From an uncultured Woeseia sp. (lineage in GTDB: Bacteria > Pseudomonadota > Gammaproteobacteria > Steroidobacterales > UBA11654): a DNA stretch of 33,062 bases. Under the pieces are notes generated by a model. That model was not told the DNA's origin and did not search any database. It saw only the letters and a list, made by a program, of their open reading frames with translations. Each line of letters opens with the position of its first letter. Positions within the stretch are counted from its first letter, which is position 1. Where the stretch lies: NCBI GenBank assembly GCA_964561815.1, contig CAZLQT010000003.1, forward strand, positions 1-33,062. Reading direction: 5' to 3'. Both the position numbers and the translations under genes were made by a program. Shown here in pieces: positions 27,474 through 33,062 of this stretch.

Positions 27474-28058
27474 ATGACACAGCCTAAACACTTAAGTGCC
27501 TTAAGCGTCACCCAGAATATTGATACCACAAGTTTAAAACAAGAAACTCAAGACTATTTTAACCTATGCAGAGAGAAACTAGGATTTGTACCTAACGTGC
27601 TTCTCGCTTATGCACATGATGAGGCTAAACTCGATCACTTTATGGGGTTTTATAATAATTTAATGTTGAATGAATCTGGTTTAACAAAACTTGAAAGAGA
27701 AATGATAGCGGTGGTCGTCTCTTCTTATAATCATTGTTACTATTGTCTCGTAGCTCATGGAGCAGCTGTTAGAAATATGTCTGATGACCCGATCTTGGGT
27801 GAGTTACTTGTGATGAACTATCGATCAGCAGAATTATCAGAGCGTCATCGGGCCATGCTTGATTTCACTTGGAAACTATCTGAATCTCCTGAAAAAATTA
27901 CTGAGGGAGATAGAGAAACATTAAGAGGAAATGGATTTAGTGATCAAGATATTTGGGATATCTCTGCGGTTGCTTCTTTTTTTAATATGACTAATAGAAT
28001 GTCTTTAGCCATAGATCTTATGCCTAATAGTGATTATCATGCTAAAGCTAGAGTATAG
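27474..28058 (+). CDS. AhpD/carboxymuconolactone-decarboxylase family peroxidase-related enzyme
   Basis: LGFVPNV, EREMIAVVVS..NHCYYCLVAHG (CxxC..H), FFNMTNR. Confidence 0.9.
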   Translation: MTQPKHLSALSVTQNIDTTSLKQETQDYFNLCREKLGFVPNVLLAYAHDEAKLDHFMGFYNNLMLNESGLTKLEREMIAVVVSSYNHCYYCLVAHGAAVRNMSDDPILGELLVMNYRSAELSERHRAMLDFTWKLSESPEKITEGDRETLRGNGFSDQDIWDISAVASFFNMTNRMSLAIDLMPNSDYHAKARV

Positions 28059-28062
28059 ATAA

Positions 28063-28890
28063 ATGGAAACAGGACTTACAAAAGATATGATGAACTCTTT
28101 GATTGAGATCGGGAGTTCTATAGGCATTAGTCTCTTGCTTGCCTTGGTAATTCTTATTATTGGCCGACAGCTAGTTAAGCTCGTACTAAGGTTAATCACA
28201 GTCGCTCTTGAAAAATCAAATGTTGAAGACACTGTTCGTATATTTGTTACTAACTTATTAAATACCCTTTTGATGATCTTAGTTTTCATTGCTGCAATTA
28301 ATCAGCTTGGAATTGAGACAACTTCAATTATTGCTGTACTCGGTGCAGCTGGATTAGCAATAGGTCTTGCACTCCAGGGCTCGTTAGCGAATTTTGCTGC
28401 TGGAATACTTATTGTAATCTATAGGCCTTACAAGGTAGGTGATTATATTGAAGCTGGAAATCATGCCGGCACGGTCAAGGATATACAAATCTTCTCTACA
28501 GTTCTTAAAACGCCAGACAATAAAATCGTGGTTGTGCCCAACGGAAGTATAATGAACGGTAGTATTGTTAATTACTCAGATCAGGATACAAGACGGGTTG
28601 ACCTTATCATTAGTTGCAGTTATGAAGACGATATAGACAAAGTTAGGTCTGTCTTAGAAGGCATTCTAAAAAAGGAAAAAAGAATTCTTAAAGATCCAAA
28701 ACCTCAAATTGCAGTAGCAGAACTTGCTGACAGTAGTGTGAACTTTATCTTTAGACCTTGGGTTAAAAGAACAGACTATCTTCCTGTCTATTACTCACTC
28801 TTGGAAGAAGTTAAGAAACGCTTTGATAAAGAAGGGATTTCAATTCCCTACCCTCAATCAGACGTGCATATCCATAATCACAAAGAGTGA
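28063..28890 (+). CDS. mscS: Small-conductance mechanosensitive channel
   Basis: AVLGAAGLAIGLALQGSLANFAAG, PYKVGD, VPNG, RRVDL, IPYPQ. Confidence 0.94.
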   Translation: METGLTKDMMNSLIEIGSSIGISLLLALVILIIGRQLVKLVLRLITVALEKSNVEDTVRIFVTNLLNTLLMILVFIAAINQLGIETTSIIAVLGAAGLAIGLALQGSLANFAAGILIVIYRPYKVGDYIEAGNHAGTVKDIQIFSTVLKTPDNKIVVVPNGSIMNGSIVNYSDQDTRRVDLIISCSYEDDIDKVRSVLEGILKKEKRILKDPKPQIAVAELADSSVNFIFRPWVKRTDYLPVYYSLLEEVKKRFDKEGISIPYPQSDVHIHNHKE

Positions 28891-28928
28891 TATAAATTAC
28901 TATTGCTTTGAGTAGCTACAGCAGTTTT

Positions 28929-30809
28929 TTAAGAAGCAGTCATCCATTTCTGGAATTTAGGATCAGCGGGTGCCTCTAGCCCTGTCTCATCTTTGCATCT
29001 TGCCTTCAATTCTTTGATTGATGAGAAGCCTTTATCAAATAGCTTAACTTTGCCTCTGGCTTTTGATTTCTCAGCTCTAAGTTTAACGGTAGCACCTTTA
29101 TTGATACTCAAGTCTTTTCTTAAAACGACGCCGTAATTTTCTTTGGCACCTTCTCTAGTAACAAGACCAGCATCTACATCAAACTGAACTCTTTCAGGCT
29201 CTCTAGTGAAAGGATCTCCACAGCCTCCTCCACCCCATGTAACGTGATAAAGTTTATCACCTTCTTCGACTGCAATTCTGTCACATTTAGATTGGAGAAG
29301 TTCAGTTTCACCGTTTTTTCTAACGAGTGTTTTTGTGCTTCGTTCTCCAGGAAGGCCACCGTTTACTCCCCAAGGATAGGTCAACCATCTATCGTCATGA
29401 ATGGAGACTTCGCCCGGTTCCAAGAATTTATAAGTTGTACACAGAGCATTCCCTCCTCTGTTGTAGCCTGCCCCTCCACTATCTGGGACGGTATAGTATT
29501 CTTCAATCACTAATGGGAAGTAACTTTCTAAGAATTCATTCGGGACGTTAGTAAAGCTTGGCCATAATGAGTGTCCGTCTGGACCATCACCCATAGGTTT
29601 ACCAGGAACGCCACCAAAACCAATCATATAGAGTTGATACCATTCACCGTTTTTATCATATCCTGAATACATTAAATGAGGACTGTCTGAGAATCCTGCG
29701 CCGCATAAGAATTCTGGAGCTCCTTGACCTAGAAGTCCGCCTAATACATCAAAGATCCTTCCCAAAGCATGCGTTCTGCATGATAAAGCAGCAGGATAGT
29801 TTGGTTTCAGCAGTGTCCCTTCAGGAATTTTAACCTCCATCAAGTCATAGAAGCCGTCATTAAACATAATGGCAGGATCAAAAACCATAATCATATAAAC
29901 ACCACAGAACATTTTGAACATTTCTTCATTCAAGAAAAAATTCACAGAACTTATTGATTGTGGATCTGTTCCTTCGAAATCAAAGATGACTTTCTTGCCC
30001 TCTCTCCACATTGCACACTTGATTCTATATGGGCCCATTTCTAGACCGTCATCACAAATGTAATCTTCGAAATATTGTTTCTCTGTTGGAACTGTGTTCA
30101 TGATAAGTTTACCCATAGCTTTTTTATTTCTATCAAGTAAATCTTCCAGAGCTGAGTAAAAAATATCATCTCCAAAACGATTAGCCATTTCAATAACGCG
30201 TTTCTCAGCAGTTCTTATTGAGGCTACAATTGCATTGAAATCACTTTTATTCCAGATTGGAAGTCGACAATTATGCAAGATGATGTTTAGAATCTCCTCT
30301 TGTAATTCATCATTTTTGTATATTTTTGTCGGAGGTACTCTAACCCCTTCTTCAAATATTTGGGTAGCATCGGTTGGCAAACTGCCAGGGACTTTCCCGC
30401 CAACATCTGTCATATGACCAAACATCGCTGCATAAGCAATAAGTCGTCCATCTTTAAAGATAGGTCTTAAAAGTAGCCAGTCATTAGCATGACTAACAGC
30501 ACCATTACAAGAGTAAGGGTCATTTGTTAAGAACATATCACCTTCTTCAATGGTTCCATCAAAAGCTTCTTTAAAGCCATGAATAAAGCTACCAAACTGT
30601 CCAACTACCATCTTTCCGTCTAAGTTTGCAATCATTGGGAACTCATCACCCTGTTCACGGATACCCGGTGACATGGCTGTTCTGAATAGGACTGCGTCCA
30701 TTTCCCATCGTGCAGAAAACATTGAATTCTCAATTACATCAAGGGTAATCGGGTCTAGCTTTACTCGTTTAAATTTTTTATTATTTTTTTGTACTATTTT
30801 TGCAGGCAT
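28929..30809 (-). CDS. ATP-dependent hydantoinase B / oxoprolinase family subunit
   Basis: DPITLDVI, RTAMSPGIRE, TNDPY...SHAND, GHMTDVGG, EEG, SGGAG..RGG, WGV.GG.PG, T.GGGG.GDP; AGGGAG RBS. Confidence 0.93.
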   Translation of the reverse strand: MPAKIVQKNNKKFKRVKLDPITLDVIENSMFSARWEMDAVLFRTAMSPGIREQGDEFPMIANLDGKMVVGQFGSFIHGFKEAFDGTIEEGDMFLTNDPYSCNGAVSHANDWLLLRPIFKDGRLIAYAAMFGHMTDVGGKVPGSLPTDATQIFEEGVRVPPTKIYKNDELQEEILNIILHNCRLPIWNKSDFNAIVASIRTAEKRVIEMANRFGDDIFYSALEDLLDRNKKAMGKLIMNTVPTEKQYFEDYICDDGLEMGPYRIKCAMWREGKKVIFDFEGTDPQSISSVNFFLNEEMFKMFCGVYMIMVFDPAIMFNDGFYDLMEVKIPEGTLLKPNYPAALSCRTHALGRIFDVLGGLLGQGAPEFLCGAGFSDSPHLMYSGYDKNGEWYQLYMIGFGGVPGKPMGDGPDGHSLWPSFTNVPNEFLESYFPLVIEEYYTVPDSGGAGYNRGGNALCTTYKFLEPGEVSIHDDRWLTYPWGVNGGLPGERSTKTLVRKNGETELLQSKCDRIAVEEGDKLYHVTWGGGGCGDPFTREPERVQFDVDAGLVTREGAKENYGVVLRKDLSINKGATVKLRAEKSKARGKVKLFDKGFSSIKELKARCKDETGLEAPADPKFQKWMTAS

Positions 30810-30819
30810 GTTGACTCCC

Positions 30820-32895
30820 TTAACCTTGTGGCGTAATTAGTATGTTGCCAAATTTATCTACTTTACCTCTGTGTTTTGAGAGGATAACAGTCGTTGAGTC
30901 CATCTCCATTACAATGGCAGGACCTTTGATAACATTTCCGAATTTTAGTTTAGAACGATCATAGATCGTGGCTTTTTGATTTTTTCCATCCATAAAGACT
31001 TTTGCCTCATCATCGATGACAGAATCTTTTGATGGTTTAGGCCCACCTTTCTTTACAGATGGAGCTTTTAGAGATAGCGCTTGGTCTTTGACCACTGCTC
31101 TTAAATTAACAAGTTCTTTCTCTTCATCTAAAGAGAAGGTAAACAATTGTTCATGCAATACATCAAATTTGTCTCCAATTGCATCCAGTCCTTTTTTCTT
31201 AAGTTCGGATAATTCAAAGTCCACATTAATTGTTAGACCTTGACCGAGATACCTAAGATCGACCTGATAAGAAGTGGTTCTCTTGCTTTTAGAAACGCCT
31301 TCAGCATCCAGTGTTTTAGATGCTTTCTTGGCTAAGTCCTCAAAAATTTTAACAACCTCTTTCTTATTCGTGTGTGAGAATCTTCTTATGAAGGACATAG
31401 ATGATTCATCTTGAATATTGGTTGATACATCTCCATAGGCACATAGTACGCCTGGACCTGGTGGAATGATAACTGGCCATGAACTAGTAAGTTTCCCCAA
31501 AGCATTAGCGTGTAGAGGTCCAGCACCTCCGAAACCAATTAATGCAAAATCCCTAGGGTCATAGCCTTTTTCGACAGAGACTAATCTTAACGCTCCGTAC
31601 ATATTTTCATTAACGATATCAACAATACCAGCTGCTGTCTGTTTCACAGATAAGCCAAGTGCTTTTGCGACGGGTTTGATTGATTCTTCTGCTAAGTCTT
31701 TTCTGATTTTCCAGTCCTTGTCTCCACCTAAGGCTACATGTTCAGCAGGTATATATCCTAGTACAACATTAGCATCAGTTACTGTTGGTTCTGTCCCGCC
31801 TTTATCATAGGATGCTGGGCCAGGTGCTGCTCCAGCACTTTGCGGCCCAACTCTAAGTGCACCGGTTAATTCTGGAACATGAGCGATTGAACCGCCCCCT
31901 GCTCCGACAGTTCTTACATCGACCGATGATGCTCTTACAGTGACATCACCAACGGAGGTTTCTCTGGTTTGTTCAGCAACTCCGTTCTTAACCAAAGATA
32001 CATCTGTTGAGGTTCCGCCCATATCAAATGTCATTAGATTCTCAAATCCTGCCTGTTTAGCTATCCAAATAGCACCAGACACTCCACCTGCTGGACCACT
32101 CATGAGTAGATTAACAGGAGAATCTGAAGAGGCTTTTGCTGAGGCCAATCCACCGTCTGATCTTAAAATGCGAAGTTTCACATCTTTCATTCTTCTTTTT
32201 AGGCCTTTTTGAAGATTTTTGACGTACTCCGCCACCTTTGGTCTGACATAAGAGTTTGCAACCGTGGTAATTGTTCGCTCATACTCTTGCATTTCTGGCA
32301 CAACTTCAGAAGATAAAGACACTGGTACTTTGGGTAGAAGTTTTTTCTTTCTAATGACGCTTCTAATTTGTTTCTCATGCTTATCGTTTGCAAAAGAATT
32401 AATTAGCGAGACCGTAATTGCCTCGACGCCTTTGTTGGATAATTCTTTAATATCTTTAGCCAGTTGACCAACTTTAAGCTTTGATAAAACTTCACCTCTT
32501 GCAGAAATTCTCTCATCAGCTTCAATGGTTAATGAAAGAGGAGCTAAAGGATCACTTTTGTTGTAAATTACCCAACCCCCTAATCCACCTGGGACAAAGG
32601 AACGAGCAATTTGTAGTACTTGTCTATAACCTTTTGTAGTTATCAAACCTACTTTGGCTCCTGTGCCCGTGAGTATAGTGTTGGTTGCTACGGTAGTTCC
32701 GTGCATTACAGAGGTAATCTTTGATGGCTCTACTCTGGCATTCTTACAAACTTTATTAATCCCATTAAATACACCTATAGATGAATCTTCTGGAGTGCTA
32801 GGGACTTTAGCAGTCCACATCGTGCCTGTTTTTTCATTAATTAAAAGAAGGTCAGTGAAGGTCCCCCCAACATCAACGCCTAGTCGATAACTCAT
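30820..32895 (-). CDS. ATP-dependent hydantoinase A / oxoprolinase family subunit
   Basis: GVDVGGTFTD, HGTTVATN, EYER, SDGG, SGPAGG, DMGGTSTD, GAGGGSI, PTVTDAN, FGGAGPLHA; AGGAG RBS. Confidence 0.94.
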   Translation of the reverse strand: MSYRLGVDVGGTFTDLLLINEKTGTMWTAKVPSTPEDSSIGVFNGINKVCKNARVEPSKITSVMHGTTVATNTILTGTGAKVGLITTKGYRQVLQIARSFVPGGLGGWVIYNKSDPLAPLSLTIEADERISARGEVLSKLKVGQLAKDIKELSNKGVEAITVSLINSFANDKHEKQIRSVIRKKKLLPKVPVSLSSEVVPEMQEYERTITTVANSYVRPKVAEYVKNLQKGLKRRMKDVKLRILRSDGGLASAKASSDSPVNLLMSGPAGGVSGAIWIAKQAGFENLMTFDMGGTSTDVSLVKNGVAEQTRETSVGDVTVRASSVDVRTVGAGGGSIAHVPELTGALRVGPQSAGAAPGPASYDKGGTEPTVTDANVVLGYIPAEHVALGGDKDWKIRKDLAEESIKPVAKALGLSVKQTAAGIVDIVNENMYGALRLVSVEKGYDPRDFALIGFGGAGPLHANALGKLTSSWPVIIPPGPGVLCAYGDVSTNIQDESSMSFIRRFSHTNKKEVVKIFEDLAKKASKTLDAEGVSKSKRTTSYQVDLRYLGQGLTINVDFELSELKKKGLDAIGDKFDVLHEQLFTFSLDEEKELVNLRAVVKDQALSLKAPSVKKGGPKPSKDSVIDDEAKVFMDGKNQKATIYDRSKLKFGNVIKGPAIVMEMDSTTVILSKHRGKVDKFGNILITPQG

Positions 32896-33062
32896 AATAA
32901 CTCCTAATTTTTTTACATCAGGTTACGAACAAAAAATCTTTGGTCTCTTCCTAATGATCTTTGAAATCTTGCTAATCTATAAAACTTATTTAATTTATTA
33001 TTTAGCAAAATAATAATACTTTTATTGCATATTAATTTCAGCATTTTCTGGAAAAATTCCAG

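Noticed and set aside
3870-32890. Remaining 60-150 aa ORFs nested in or antisense to larger genes (e.g. 6987-7439, 9537-9905, 19542-19893, 20152-20493, 23828-24169, 28005-28289, 31940-32212)
   Set aside because: They lie within well-supported CDS, show no family motifs and have the composition expected of shadow frames.
32935-33062. Repeated (A/G)ATCTT words, TTGCTAA/TTAGCAA inverted repeat and terminal CTGGAA/TTCCAG hairpin upstream of hydantoinase A
   Set aside because: Short matches in very AT-rich DNA, irregularly spaced and cut by the window edge; cannot be told from chance.
1-33062. CRISPR array, tRNA/rRNA, riboswitch, IS, prophage or defence system
   Set aside because: No regularly spaced repeats, no intergenic gap above about 180 bp, no recognisable RNA motifs and no transposase, integrase or nuclease ORFs.

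Overview
AT-rich, very densely coded 33 kb bacterial window. Tiny or overlapping intergenic gaps, no transcription-factor gene and gammaproteobacterial-type fabG-acpP/tmk-holB genes suggest a streamlined heterotrophic gammaproteobacterium, possibly marine (inference). I support 33 CDS and saw no rRNA, tRNA, CRISPR array or IS/phage gene. A rearranged housekeeping block (fabG, acpP, tmk, holB, TrxB-type ferredoxin-NADP reductase, fabH; etfBA; mscS) is interleaved with uptake and catabolic genes: a Cys-rich TonB-dependent receptor, a lipoprotein, an NCS1/CodB-like permease, three MFS transporters, TRAP DctQM without DctP, a Rieske oxygenase alpha subunit, a flavin monooxygenase, two crotonases, an aldehyde dehydrogenase, an SDR, an MDR reductase, an AhpD-like enzyme and an ATP-dependent hydantoinase/oxoprolinase A+B pair. 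The best candidate for an undescribed system is a pair of paralogous uncharacterised proteins (3675-4379 and 16799-17533). They share many conserved polar residues and each sits in a different uptake/catabolism module, which may indicate an unknown pathway for N-heterocyclic or lactam compounds (hypothesis). Other oddities: an in-frame ~45-48 bp foreign-looking insert in a VOC-like gene, HolB without its zinc module, a fab cluster lacking fabD/fabF/pabC/mltG, and unusually basic hydantoinase subunits.
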